Below, one piece after another: positions 14,541-28,814 of a stretch of 64,000 nt of DNA (within the stretch, counting starts at the first letter, position 1; each line of letters begins with the position of its first letter). Below the pieces are notes generated by a model. That model had not been told where the DNA came from. It searched no databases and was given only the letters and a program-made list of their open reading frames with translations. The stretch is from Azolla caroliniana (lineage: Eukaryota; Plantae; Polypodiophyta): assembly GCA_043228905.1 (NCBI GenBank), contig JBHGNT010000090.1, positions 29,965 through 93,964 of the forward strand. Direction: 5' to 3'. Both the position numbers and the translations under genes were made by a program.

Positions 14541-16329
14541 ATGGACTTCGATCTCCTCCTCTACTGCGAAGAGCTACTCATTAACGAGGATGATTATATT
14601 GGTGGCGGACTTGATGATGATCTGGCTGTAATCGATGAATATAATCCGATGCATGCTCATGATAACAATGTGTCATTAATTAGCTGCATTTCTCATAACA
14701 GCTCGCAGCTAATTAACGATCACATTGATGTCGATGAGGACGACCTGATTACCTTCGGGATCCTTCTTGAAAAGGAATGTGAATTCCATCCTGGGGTTAA
14801 TTCCTATCTTCCTAAATTGCGAGCCAATGATGAAATAATCAACCAGATGTCTGCCCAATTGCGTTGCAGATCAGTCCACTGGCTCCTCAAGGTACATTAC
14901 TGTTTACCACTGCTCTTGAGTATCTGTCCACACTCATCACCTCCGTAGTTTCATCGTTAAATCTCGTTTAATCTCTGTAATAACGTGTCAGGCATGCAAG
15001 ACATTCGGCTTCTGTCCGCTCACAGCTGCCCTGTCTGTTAATTACCTCGACCGCTATCTGGCCCAGAATCTCTACTCTGCAGATGTAAGTAAGCATGGCA
15101 ACTGACCCCAAGATTGTGATCGCGAATGCTGTTAGTGCTTGTGTAATGCCATGTGGCTTGATATGTGATTACTGACCTAATGGTTGTCTCTACCTGGTTA
15201 TTTACTATCTATATGACAGTCATGGAAGCCCTGGATGTTCGAGCTGCTCTCTGTGGCTTGTCTGTCCATAGCTGCGAAGATGGAAGAAGTAGATGTGCCT
15301 TTACTACGAGATCTACAGGTAACCTATTAACATTTGAGTCATCCCGAAGTTAAGAAATATGATTAGAAAGGTTTCTAGTGCGGCACGGCCATCACCTAAC
15401 TACTCATACATTTTATCTTATTTTTGGACAGGTGGATGGATTGGAACACTATTTCCACGATAATACGGTTCAAAGGATGGAATTAGCAGTCATGAATAGC
15501 TTAGGTTGGAAGCTTCGATCCATCACTCCCATCGCATTCGCAGAGAAAGCTATTAATGGCCTTAATTACCTCAGTAATCAGGCAAAGGGCATGCTGTTAG
15601 AGCGCGTCTCGGAGCTGATTCTGGGAACCTTGCCTGGTAAATAATTCTATCTCAATCACCTACCTCTCTCTCTCTCTCTCTCCACAGATAAGATTAATGA
15701 ATCTCGCTTAACGATGGAGAATGAATGTGTTGCAGGATTAGAGTTCCTAGAGTTTCGAGCTTCAGTGATTGCTCTGACGTCTATCCAATGTGCGCTGGAC
15801 GAGAGCTTCCCAATCCAAGCCACATCTCACGGCCGAAGAGAAGCCTTGCTAAAATGCATCCCTGCTGATCAGGTGCAAAAAAGAAGATGGGGAGCATTTA
15901 AAATGATGTCCCTACTTATTACAATTAAAATTCTGTCTGAGTCGCGGTCTGAATAAAAGAATTCCCCTTTGTTTGTGTTTGCGTACGCAGAGTGAGGTGG
16001 TCCACTGTGCTGGACTTCTGGACGAGCTCGTCGTGGACCCCATGACATCACCTTGCGCGATGCTGACGTCGTCCCACGACTTCGACGGCGCTAAGTCGCC
16101 GCCGAGCCCGACCGGCGTTATCCAGCAGCCGCCGCTTGTCTCCGGCCCACGCTGCCGGACAACTGAATTTGAAGTCAACGAACTCGGGATGGACGCCACG
16201 TGGCCCGGCGCCGGGGACGGCTGGGCAATGCCACTGCTGAAGGAGGAGGAGGAGGAGGAGGAGGAGCACCACCACCATCACCATCACCACCACTTACGGA
16301 TGCCCAAACGGCAGCGGAGGGAGGAATAA
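14541..16329 (+). CDS. CYCD: D-type cyclin, 6 coding exons, 407 aa
   Basis: Exons 14541-14891, 14992-15084, 15220-15318, 15432-15636, 15736-15872 and 15991-16329 (GT-AG, in phase, 1224 nt). N-terminal LxCxE (LYCEE); cyclin box with WLLK, TAALSVNYLDRYL, LLSVACLSIAAKMEE and QRMELAVMNSLGWKLRSITP; FLEFRASVIA. Confidence 0.95.
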
Positions 16330-16716
16330 CAACAACAAAAGAAATAGAAGAATAAAAAGGCTGTTTACGTTCGGCTGGTATGGAATGATCGGCGGCGGGA
16401 TGAAATGTGGTGTTAAGCTACCAGCCAGCCGTTTCTGATCCATTCATTGCCCGGGAATCTGGAGCGGCATTATTCATAAATGTGGTGCTCGAATTCCATC
16501 ATACCCCCCCACACACAGAAAAACCACCCACTCACACAGACATGTACATGTCCCTCTCTCTCTCTCTCTCTTTCTCCCCCTATCTTTAATCTAATCCTCT
16601 CTTTCTATCTCTCTCTCTCTCTAGGTTTAGCAGCTACATAATAATAATACATATATATTAGAGGCAATGGATGCCTAGTTGCCTGTCCCCCGTGATCTTG
16701 CTTGCACACTTCTGTC

Positions 16717-16771
<55 letters not shown>

Positions 16772-19700
16772 GTTCAAAACAACAAATACGGAGGAATGGA
16801 TTGATCGGAGATGACTGGAGAGTAATAGAGAGAGAAAGAGGAAGAGAGAGAGAGAGAAGAGAAGGAGACGCTGCTAAGGAGGGGTCGTACGTGGAATTAT
16901 AAGAGAAGTAGGTAGGTAGGTAGGTATATAGCTTAGGCTTTTAGCTTAGATTTCGGCTGCATGCCTGCCTGCCTGCCTGCTTCTCTTTTGTTTTTACGTC
17001 ACCATCAATCTCACACTCTGCTGCTATAATTCCTCGGATTTCGTAAAGCTGTTCCCCCAGTTTAAACAAGGTTAACAACAACTTACTTACATTATACATA
17101 CACGATACATATACATATTATGTATATGTGTGTGTAACTGCTACATGTATCATGTAATATATGTGTACATGTATGTATGTATGTATGTATGTATAACCAA
17201 CCAACGCAGACCAGCCCAAGGCCAAGCCCACTCTAACCAACTTAACTACCCCCCCAACCTGCTTGCTGCCTTTTTTATTGGACTGCGTGGCCTTCATGGG
17301 TTTTAACAGCCCCCCTCCCGCATTGTCTCTCTTCGATGCAAATGGATGATGATTTTATTCATGTCGGATCCAGAGAAGAAGACAGCAAATAACATTAGAA
17401 ACAAATGATGTTGTAATCTAAGCTCTTCTCATCCCCCCCCCTACACCCTCCGATGGTTGGTTGGTCGTTTGTTATCTTTGGATTCTTCTCGGCAATGTTA
17501 CTTCAAGATCTAAACACACTTGGTGATTTACCCATTCACAAGCTTCAAGATCTAAACACACTTGGTTTGACGAAATGTAGAATCAACATGGAGACTTTAA
17601 CGCCACATATAGTGCTTCAATGACAGAAGTCAGGAGGAAGATATATATAAGTAGGACTTCAGTGATCACAATGATGTAAATGACAATGAAAATACTCTTA
17701 CACTAAAAATTCACTTTAGAAACTTTAAAATTTTGCAATTTTAGTGGCAACTTTCTTGCAGTATTAAATGCTTCCATGTGTTTAGAATCTTGAGCTGATT
17801 TATGTCAAGATCTTTGACTTTCAAGCACATCATAACTTATCTTTGTTTTAATAATGGGTACACAATCGATGTAATGGCTTGGGAGTGTCATGAATTGTAC
17901 AGATCTTGATATTACCACTACAATTTGGATAACAATATCTTATGAAAATAACAACACCTCAATTTATATATTACAAACGTTCGGCACAAACTATTATACA
18001 TAAACTGCTCTTTACCTATTATACACCCATTCTGGTATGCTTCTCAAAATCCTATGTGATTTCCTTACTTCAAGCAAGCATTTGAACAGTGATCTACACA
18101 TGCACACTTGCAAACTACATGCGGTACTTGGGTAAGTTTTTAGCCTTTCATTAAATCTTGGAATCCTATCCATGCACCAAGCCCATCTTGTAATCCAACT
18201 ATATGGTGTCATCATTAGATGGAGTACACACACACAATAAAAGATTTGAACACTTTCATTTCATTGTTACACAATGGCTTTCATAACCATTCTGTATGAT
18301 AATGATTGCTTGATTGTACGTGCATCCTTAGACACATATGCTTAGGGTTTAATTTATGTAGTACATCCCATGTTAGGAGCAAGAAAAACAATGGTCTTGT
18401 ACAATTTTTGGAGCTCCTAGATTAATAGCTTTCAAGTAGGATGATATTTATCTCGCCAACCACGTAACTAAGCATTGCCACATTGATTATGAATGTACAG
18501 TGTCATCCTACACGGATTTTCCCATAGAAAATAATAAGTTGGGGTTATACATCGATGAGAAAAGATTTGGATCATCTTTGGTAAGATGGAGGGGGTAAAA
18601 GGATACAAATGTGGCAAAAGAAAGCATGCGAGTAGATAGAACCCTCCATTGTATCAACATTAGACAATATTTACTCTTAGTAGATCTACATAATAACATG
18701 GGTAAAGCTTTTGTTAGTGTACGTTGCAATTTTATAAACTTTGATGGATATATCTAGAACTTCCATTTATGAGCCTCTTCAAGACTATGGCAGGAAAAGT
18801 TGTGGGAAATTTAATCTAGTATGGCAATCACATTTGGCCATTTATCATGATCATAATTTCATGGTCACGTCTTTGTACTATGTATGATTGTGAATTATCA
18901 TGAATGGTTAATGATTTATAAACTTCACATTGAATTGAATGAGTTTTGTTTCTCACACATTCACCAATTTACGTGTATCATGCCCATGCACGTGTGAATG
19001 AACATAAAGACATGTAGTATGGCGTGATTGTGTTTAGATGATTGTGTAGGCTATTGATCGAGAATGAAACATATGCATACACAAGCACATGTTGGCATGA
19101 AGGTCATGCATGATACAAACTCTACATGCATGCACATTCATTTGGCGAAATTTTATAGTGTTGCGTGTTGGCATAATTAGTGCATAAATTCTTAGCATTC
19201 AAACAAAGACATTTTGCGTCTTGTACTCACAAGAAAAAGTGTCTCATCTTGAACGGACTTAGATGAACACATTTACTTGTTTTCAAAGCTATGGGATTCT
19301 GTGCTTAAAATCACTTCAACCTAATATTATTGTGTATGCTATGAGCACAAACCATAAGCCTTAGGATATTTATACAATAGAAGCATATCAAAAGAATACT
19401 ACCATCAGATACTTTGTTAAAGTTACTTCTTAAGTGTCTTCCCATGGTGAGAACTCAATTGAGTAATTGCTAAATTTATATAATAACTTCTCGTGTATTG
19501 TAGCGTATTGGCCAAAATGAAATACAATCATTTGTTGGTCATAACAAGCTCATTTCTGTGACATCTCTAATAAGTGAATACCCACATCCTTCTCAAATAG
19601 CTATCTAATTATCTCAACTTTTACTTGACAAGGCATAGAACACCTACTTGAGATTTAAAAGATGGTGAGTCTCGAGGGCAATGAAACAAATGAATGGAGG

Positions 19701-22520
19701 TGTGAAGAATCTCATCAATTGGATAGAATTCTCGTAACATATTACTAAATCATATTATAAGCACATATATAAGACCAAGGCCATTTCTACGCCATCTCTA
19801 ACAACTCAATACCATTTGTATCTAATTAATATCTCAATTTCAGTTTAAAAGACACGCAACACTTGTTGATATTTGAAAGATGACTAGTCTAGAAGGTTAT
19901 CAAATAAAAGGGTGGCCATATGTTTGGAAACAGTGTCATCGATTGTATAGAAATTTCCTCCATTGTTACTAAGTCATTTTATGAGCATGTATGTATGACC
20001 CGATCACACACACTTATTTCTAGACGTGAACATTTCATGGAATGTTTGAGTTCTTTTCGGATAAGGTATACCATTTTGTAATATGGATAGAGGTAATAAA
20101 AGGCAATGTTGAGTTCAAATGTGCACAAAGTGCTTGCACGATTTTTAAAACTTTTAGTTTTCAAAAACTGCCATTAAAACAATATTCTATCCTCATGTTA
20201 TCCTTAACTTTCTGTGTAATGTCGTATTAATGAATATATTTAATCAAACAATGGGGTCCACCTCATAAACCAACATTTCTAGTTTATTGTATAAATGCTC
20301 ATATAAAACCAACCCAATGCTTTTTGAAATGTTGAATGTCAAAGGAGTCTTCAATGGATTTTGCCCAATTTTACCTAAAACTTTTGAGGTCGAACATTTT
20401 GAAAGGAGAGAAGTTCAACATTATTAGATCTCAATATGTTTGTTAGGAAATACTAACATTAGATCGTACAAAGTATATGGCACTCACTTAAAATAACTTA
20501 ATAATGACAACATGATTATAAGAATAAGCTCTGGTGAGAAAGTTGGGGAATTTCCAAAAGGCGGTAACTAATCATAATGTTGTGAAGTTCATAAAAAGAA
20601 CAACTTTTGAGTGCATATAATGTGTGAACATCTTGGAGAAGATCCTCTTGTTTATTCACCAACACATTATTACGTAAGTGAAGGGGAGAAAAAACCAAGC
20701 GGAAAAACATAATAAGAACAAGTTTTTTTCCACCAAGGTATGCATACAAGTGCAACTAACCTTGTGGTAATAGCAGTAATGATCATTCTCATTCGCATGA
20801 TCCGCTTTGTTACTACAATAATAATGTGATTATAGTCATCATAGACAAAACATTGTGTCCCTTTGGAACCATGTTGAAACTATTGACATTTCTAACATAT
20901 TCCTTCCTTGCAAGTTTGTCATTTTGAATGTGTTGATGGGACAACATATTGCCACACACACACATTTGGAGTTCACTTGCTCGTCGATTCACTCTTTGGC
21001 TCGTGATTCCATTCGAAAAGAAAGAGCAAGTTCAATTCTCCCCCTCTCTCTTGTTTGTCTTTGTATATGAGAAAAAGAGCAAAAAAGTGTCCTTTGTATC
21101 CTCTTCTTTTCTATTTTGTTGTTCTTTTTGTTTTAATTTCAACTTTTGGGATGATTCGAACACACAAGAGACATTGCTTCCTTTCTACTACAACACCAAA
21201 ACAATAAACAAATCAAGTGATGATAATAATAACAATGCAGGTAGGTACTCATTATTATTATGTGTGCACATATAATGAGAAACTCGACTAACATTTTGTC
21301 GTGTGCATATTCGAGTGGACATGAAGCACAACTCCCTCCCTCTCTAATGTCCACCAATAACGAGGCCACTCTCTCGAACTTCCATACACCTACAATGTTC
21401 ATCCCTAAATTGACAATTATGTCTTGCTCTTTAAAGTTACACATGAGGTTATCCTCCCTCTAAAGTTCAACCCACAATACGGTCAATCTTTCTAAGGTTC
21501 CATCGACAAAGGTATTTGCATCTCTCTCTAAACTCCTTCCAAAGTTGCTTTGTGCGTGTGCGTGTGCGTGTATGTGTAAGTAGTCCCAAACAACGATTCC
21601 TCTCAAAAAGTCCCATGATGTTTTTTATTTTGGTTTGAATTTATCAGCTTTTTCACAGATTATCACGATTCACACAATTGAGTCCATCTATAAGTATCTT
21701 CCTTTGTCCTCAAAAGAATTTAAATGTTTCTTTCACATAAGTCCACTCCTCACCATATCACATCTGCCCTTTTCCCCTCCCACGAAACTCTTGTTTTGAA
21801 ATTCCATCAACGTGGAGTTGACATAAAATCGCCTTTGCATTTTTTCCCATTCTTTTTTGAATAGGAGTGTCTTTTTTGAAGAATTTGTACCATTGCGTAG
21901 TTCCTTTCGGCATTTTAATTGTTCTTTAAGTTTTTAAAGTCTATGACCTAGTAGTTAGCTGCAAGTTTGTATGAAGAATTAAGCCAATTCTTGGATGTAT
22001 TCATACCCAAGTATTCCATGATGACATGCCGTATGTACGTTCCTAACATTTATAGGCAAAAAACTTAACATGTCTCCTGGTTGGAAGAATTTTATCCCAA
22101 TTGTAATATATGTTCAATAGAATTTAATACCAAGCAAGAGACAATGTCTAAATTTACGATACCTAGCATATGAAATCACGACAATCTAAATATTCGGAGC
22201 AAAACATGAAGTGAATTCGAGATTTTGAGACTTATTGGTAGATTTCCTTACCAAAAACAATTGAGTGAACTTTAAGCATTCATGATTTGGAAGTCTTCGA
22301 TTCTAGAAATGCATGAAAGTTTACCTCCTAGTAAAATATTACATTTTTAGAATATGTTTATTCTTTAGCCAATTTCACAACCACACCTCCCATCTTATCC
22401 TTTAACTTATGGAATGATAAACACCGTCTATTCTAAATGCAATACATGACGTTCCATTTTCGTATTCTTCAAGTCTTTAACACATGGTATTCCATGTTCT
22501 AAATATGCTTTCAAATTCCT

Positions 22521-22879
22521 CTGTTCTAGGACCAAAATGATGGTTTTGTCATACAACATACTATTTGATTTTTTGAGGCTTGGGTTCATTTATTTGCCTG
22601 CTATACATTAACTTCATTACATTCTCTTTGTATTCACATATTACATTGTTCTCTTGCTGTTCAACATCAATAAAACATTTTGCTTCTTTCCCCTTGGGCC
22701 TGTTCTAGGACCAAAATGATGGTTTTGTCATACAACATACTATTTGATTTTTTGAGGGTTGGGTTCATTTATTTGCCTGCTATACATGAACTTTATTACA
22801 TTCTCTTTGTATTCACATATTACATTGTTCTCTTGTTGTTCAACATCAATAAAACATTTTGCTTCTTTCCCCTTGGGCC
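22521..22879. repeat. Tandem duplication, 179 bp x2
   Basis: Units start CTGTTCTAGGACCAAAATGATGG at 22521 and 22700 and are nearly identical. Confidence 0.92.
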
Positions 22880-24596
22880 TTGACACCCGGTGCATCTTAA
22901 ATAGTGAAATACAAAGAAATATTGTAGAATCAGTTAATAGCATTTGCCATTGGCGATGTCCATTCCGCTAGTTTTTTAGAATTACATAAAGAAATAAATA
23001 TAATTTTCCATAGCTTATGTAATTTGTTGAAAAAAGTAAGACAATATGAAATACAATACTACTTCAAATGGGATGTAATACAACCTTTCGTAATGAATAT
23101 AAAATATCGAACAATAAGATGTTAGCCTAGTAGTCAGGATTGTCAAAACTTTTGTTCAATGTCTCATAAAAATGTCTTTTCAAGAACCTAATATGGCGAT
23201 GTTTGCGCTTACAAATCAACGTGCATGGTATAACCTTCTTGCTATTGGTACTATGTTAATGTTCATTTATAGCCTCAATATTCATTGTACATATGTTATA
23301 TCGAAGTTGGAGCATGGCAGTCTTACATCAACTAACATGTATGTTGTCAATATTATGAGACCTAGAGTGGTTGTGTTGTATTCAATGAGATAATCTTAAA
23401 TTTGACATTATTTTTTTACCAAAAAAAAACACTACTTAGCATTAGTTGGCAAAAAAATACAACAAAGTTCAAACATTAAGATCCACAAGGACTTTGATAT
23501 TATAATTTATAGTTTCATGTATTTGAAAAGAAAAGAACGTGTAATAAGTTGTCCTATTTGTATGCTTATGATATTACCAATTTATTTTTCGGGGATGGTT
23601 GATACCCTTAACCCATTCCAGTCATAAAATGGCTTCCATGGGGTTCTCATCCACCAAGTTTAAAGGACAATGATACATTTCGGTGTTAGCATACAAATCG
23701 ACGTGAACCTTTACAATGTATGCACATGACAACGTCCATCACATACTAATAAGATGAACATGTTGATGAAAAAATATATTTCACATTGATAGTCGATATT
23801 GAAATATTGGGCAATATTGTGCAATGATCATGTAGTGTCATCAACCCTATGAGACCACTCTACTATATGATTCTAGCATTTGTTGGATGGAGACCATGCA
23901 TGACCTACTACTAATGTTGGTGTTACAATACCACATAACGCAACTGTCCATGTCAACATCCATCACGTGCTTATAGGATGAGCAAGTTGGTGCAAACAAG
24001 TACTCTACATAAACAAGCAAGTCCACAATCTTGAACAATATGGTCGGGTAGAATCGTTGAACCATGCGAGATTGGTTAACCATATGGTTCTAATATGTGT
24101 GCTATGTAGAGTGTAAAATATCTCAAATTATGCTTAACACTTGACTATTGTTGTTCCTAAGTGTAGCTCCATTCTAAAAAAGACTATAAACTCAGGAAAT
24201 GAAATATAACCCTCGAGTTGTTGACTAGATTTGTGCATAAGAGAATTGCCCTTAGCCTAGAGGACATGACTTCTAATGTATGAATAATTGCTCCTTAAAA
24301 AAAGTAGCATTTTGCGTATAAGTAACAAATTCCATATACAAGACTCGCGGTAACCCAATGAAGCTCATGCAACCTTTGTCATTGTTGATGCTCTCCAATG
24401 TGCATGAGTTTCTAAAACTTTAACTATCACTATAACAACCTCGATTACATGAAGGTATTTGATGGATGTTGAAGACCATAGTTGAGCATTTAGTATTATA
24501 TTGTTGGCAAAAAAGGATAGGTGTCGCACAACTCCATCTAAATGCTCACAACAAGAAGTTTTTCTTTAGTTTTTAGCAATTCTCGTTGTTTATTTA

Positions 24597-24684
24597 CCCT
24601 CAAGGCATTGATAACTAAGGTTGTTACATGGAAACTAGGGTCCAAACCCTCAAGGCATTGATAACTAAGCTTGTTACATGGAAA
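24597..24684. repeat. Short direct repeat (about 38 bp, period 50)
   Basis: CCCTCAAGGCATTGATAACTAAG(G/C)TTGTTACATGGAAA occurs twice. Confidence 0.85.
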
Positions 24685-26601
24685 TCGAAACCAACGACAC
24701 AATACAATAAAAAGGAAATATCAACATTATTTTTTGTAGTAAGAGTATGTTGCCTTTATCCCTTGTTTTACCAATAATATTGATTTGTATGTAACAATCG
24801 GCAACGGTTTGGTTAAAAACACAATATTAAGGGGATTCAATATCAACGGAGAAAATATAAATAATTAATATGAAGGGAATATTAAGGGAAATAATGCCAT
24901 GATATTTGGTTTTAACAACTTTATGAGGCTTAATATCTCTAATCTAGAATATTACTCATCAAGAAACATGGCCATGTTATAATGTGTGGGGAAATATCCT
25001 TTATTAAATTATAATGGCTAATGTCTAGCGGGGTTGTAATATGAAAGGGACTTTGGAGAGTTTTAAACATATAAAAGGACAACAACTCTCATGTAAGGGG
25101 GGCTTTAGGTTACTGAACTATTGACTATCATTTGGTCTTGATTCTCTTCCTTTTAAATCCATTAAGAGCCACTCTCCTCCATGCAGCTTTCACATGCTAA
25201 CAACTAATTTAGACATAAATGTTTTTTTACCTCACAACTATTGATTTAATTTAGACAATTCACATGTCTATTATCTAGTAATTATCTATTTAGTTAAGAC
25301 AAACATATTTCTTGATTAGTGTAAAGATTAGGTGTGTATTAATGCTAAATTAACAATCCAAAACTCGAAGTTCCCGTTGGAAAAACTAGGTGTTGGGAAT
25401 ATGTCCCTCCAATGGGAGGAGCTGACTATTTGGGCCAAGAAGTGCCGATAGTCGAAGAATATGAGGAGCCAACTATTTAGGCCGAGTGCCGATGGTTGAA
25501 GAGTCGACTGCGAGAAAGTCGATTGTGAGAGTCAATTGGGCGAGTCGACAGAAAGGATATCCAAGTCGTAGACACGACCGACTAGTCGGACCAATTGGAC
25601 AGTCGACACTAGAGTCGGCTGATGGCTACTTATTATTATAGATAATAATAGTAGTGATGTGTAGTAGGGGCTACATTTGTAAATAGCCCATGTGATGTAT
25701 GAGTATAAATGCATCTAGGGAAAACGAAGAATATGAGAAAAAAAACTGTGTGTGCTGAGAAGTGTGTGTAGGTAGAACAAAAGAGTAAGAAAGGAGAGAG
25801 CGGCACCATAACTAAGTGAGCTTGGATGTCAAGAGCCATGTGCGGCTTTTACACTCGGTTTTAGAGTGTTGTAATGTGTGATATCACCTTGTATTTCTCT
25901 CTGTATAGTGGAATCTTTGTTCCCGTGGTTTCCCCCTATTTAGGGTTTCCACGTAAATCACAATGTAATGTGCATTTGTTGTTTCCACGTGTTGTTGTGT
26001 ATTTTCAGAGTTAATCTTTCTCACAGATTTGAGATTCGACTCTCAACAAACTTGTATTAGAGCTTGAGGTGCAAGTATGGAAGGAGCTGTGAGTGGCTTC
26101 CAAGGCATGATAGTTATAAACTCTCAGAACTATGCAGACTGGAAGATAAAGATGGAGGACCTTCTCATAGTCAAAGACCTGTACGAGCCGATTGACAAAG
26201 CAGAAATACCCACGGGGGGTATTAGAGTTGGAATGGAAACTTCTTAATAGAAAGGTGGTGGCTACCCTCCGATAGTGCGTCGATGTAAGTGTCCTTCAAC
26301 ATGTGGCGAACAACACAAATGCCAACGAGATGTGGCAGAAGCTGTCAGGCTTATATGAGATGAAGAACACCCTCAACAAAACATCCTTGATGAGAAAGAT
26401 CGTGAGATTAAAATACAGGGACTGGGAAAGCATAGTCGAGCACGTCAACACATTCATGGGGTATGTCACATTCTAGACTCGAACCTCTAACTTTTAACAC
26501 ACATAGTACATTGTGTTGTGTTAACCATATGAAAACTCTTGTGAACTATCCACATTTGATTGTAAACTTCTATATATTGTAGAGTCTAGTGTATCTAGTA
26601 C

Positions 26602-26616
26602 ATTCGAGAATATTCT
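26602..26616. promoter_or_regulatory. Heat-shock element (3 units) in the LTR of element B
   Basis: aTTCgaGAAtaTTCt, followed by further TTCtaGAA-type half-sites before TATAAAT at 26720-26726. Confidence 0.62.
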
Positions 26617-27279
26617 AGTCGTTAGTATATTCTAGAATTTTTCTATGGTATATTGTAAATGGGTATATTCTCGAGATGTTTCTTGAGTATATTCTAGAGA
26701 TATTCAATGTTGGAAATTGTATAAATACTTGTAACATCCTTGGTCCCTTTCAAGGGATTCAACACCAGTCATTGACACATCCATCTAGTATTCTCTTTTC
26801 GCCTCATCTTTGTCTCCTTGATCTTTATTTTTGTCTTCATGCCCTCATGTCTCTCACAACACCTAGAGTTCCTAGCCTCGTCACATCTAGCTTCAAGTTC
26901 ATCCGTCGCTTGTAGCCCCATCATCTGTGCTCTGTCCTAGTCTGCGCTTGGTGTGTACGTGGCAGTTTGAATCCCTTCCAACTGGGAGCACCACCCGTCT
27001 TCGTCATCGCCTTTGCTTCTAGAGTTACCATCATCACTGTCCTTGCTTCTGGAGTTACCGTCATCAACATCCTTGTCTTCGACGTCATCACTTTCAACAC
27101 CTCTTCGCCCAACCATCGTCGTCATCAACACTACTTGTGATCATTTTTAGGTATCATTTTGCATCAAGGTTTTGGTGAGGAGTGCTTTCAATCGCTTTCC
27201 TTACCTATTTCGGTGGGGGTCACAACCACTCACTTTCCTGGTGGGGATCGGATCATTGCTCGCTTGCACTGCATTTTCT

Positions 27280-27815
27280 GGTCGCTCACATCCGTTCCTG
27301 TTCTAGTTCTCAGTGAGGGCCGCATGGTCGCTCACGCCCGTTGGTGTTCATGTTCCAACTCTCGGCGAGGACCGACATGGTTTTTGATGCCCGTTGGTGT
27401 TCTTGTTCCCTGTGAGGACCGCACGTGGTCTCTCACGCTTGCTGGTATTCGTGGTCCAGTCTTCAGTGAGGACCGCATATGGTCGCTCACTCCAGCTATT
27501 GTTCATGTTCTAGATCTCGGCATGGACCGACATGGTCACTCATGCCTGCTATTGTTCATCTTCCAGTTCCCGGTAAGGACCACACATGGTCACTCACGCC
27601 TGTTGGTGGTCGTGTTCCAACTCTCAACGAGGAACAACATGGTCTCTCATGCCTATAAGTGTTCGTGTTCCCCGTGAGGACCACACATGGTCACTTACGC
27701 CTGTTGGTATTTGTGTTCTAGTTCCCGACGAGGACCGCACATGGTTGCTCATGCCCATTGGTGTTTGTGCTCCCCGTGAGGACCGCACATGGTCGCTCAT
27801 GTCTGTTGGTGTTCA
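27280..27815 (+). repeat. Degenerate tandem array, about 10 units of 47-54 bp, inside element B
   Basis: Core GAGGACCGCACATGGTCGCTCAYGCCYGTTGGTGTTC recurs at about 27315, 27367, 27414, 27468, 27523, 27575, 27629, 27676, 27730 and 27778. Confidence 0.85.
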
Positions 27816-28491
27816 ATACCTCGTCTCCTGGAAGGGTTACTCCTTGTCTAGGATTTACAAAATACTTTGGGGGTGATCTAAGATTTTCATCAACAGTATC
27901 CCCTTAAGCCAAGGACTGGTTTGGGAAGGCGGCGTAAGAGGGGGGATAATGTCACATTCTAGACTTGAACCTCTCACTTTTAACACACACAGTACATTGT
28001 GTTGTGTTAACCATATGGAAACTCTTGTGAACTGTCCACATTCGATTGTGAACTTCTATATATTGTAGAGTCTAGTGTATCTAGTACATTTGAGAATATT
28101 CTCATCATTAGTATATTCTAGAATTATTCTATGGTATATTCTAAACGGGTATATTCTCGAGATATTTCTCGAGTATATTCTAGAGATATTCAATCTCGGA
28201 AATTGTATAATGTAATATCCGTGGTTCCTTTCAAGGGATTCAACACTAGTCATTGACAAATCAATCTAGTATTCTCATTTCACCTCATCTTTGTCTCCTT
28301 GATCTTTATTTCTGTCTTCATGCCCTCATGTCTCTCACAACACCCAGAGTTCCTAGCCTCGTCACATCTAGCTCCAAGTTCATCCGTTGATTGTAGCCCC
28401 ATCATTGTCAGGAATAATACTAAAACAGAGAGAGAATTAGTACTAGAGAAGGGAAGTACTATTAGTACTAAGAGGACGAACTGCGTAAGAC

Positions 28492-28552
<61 letters not shown>

Positions 28553-28814
28553 ATGATAACAGATGATATATTATGTGAAGAGTAAGTACAAAATAACTAT
28601 GAGGCTTAAGACTGGCGTTGAACCAATTTGGTTTGAAATAATGCCTTGTGCCTCTTTTATAGTGTCCTCAGGAGTAGTCTTGAAGCTTCTAAAATGTTCT
28701 TGAGAAATCTGGAATATACAATAATTTTCTATAGTAAAACTTAAATGAAAATAATATTTTACGTATTACAATAGATAATGTAATGGTCAAGAGCTTGACC
28801 CATATAACATAAGG

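Noticed and set aside
17900-24100. Possible Mutator-like relic (CxC...CQH SWIM-like pattern on the minus strand near 19080-19140)
   Set aside because: Too degraded; I found no TIRs, TSD or continuous frame.
26965-26993. GTTTGAATCC...GCACCA resembles a tRNA 3' half with CCA
   Set aside because: Wrong orientation for a tRNA PBS, and no 5' half or acceptor stem; better explained by pairing with the LTR 11-mer.
27159-27876. 172 aa and 96 aa ORFs inside element B
   Set aside because: Translations of the degenerate tandem array, with no recognisable domain.
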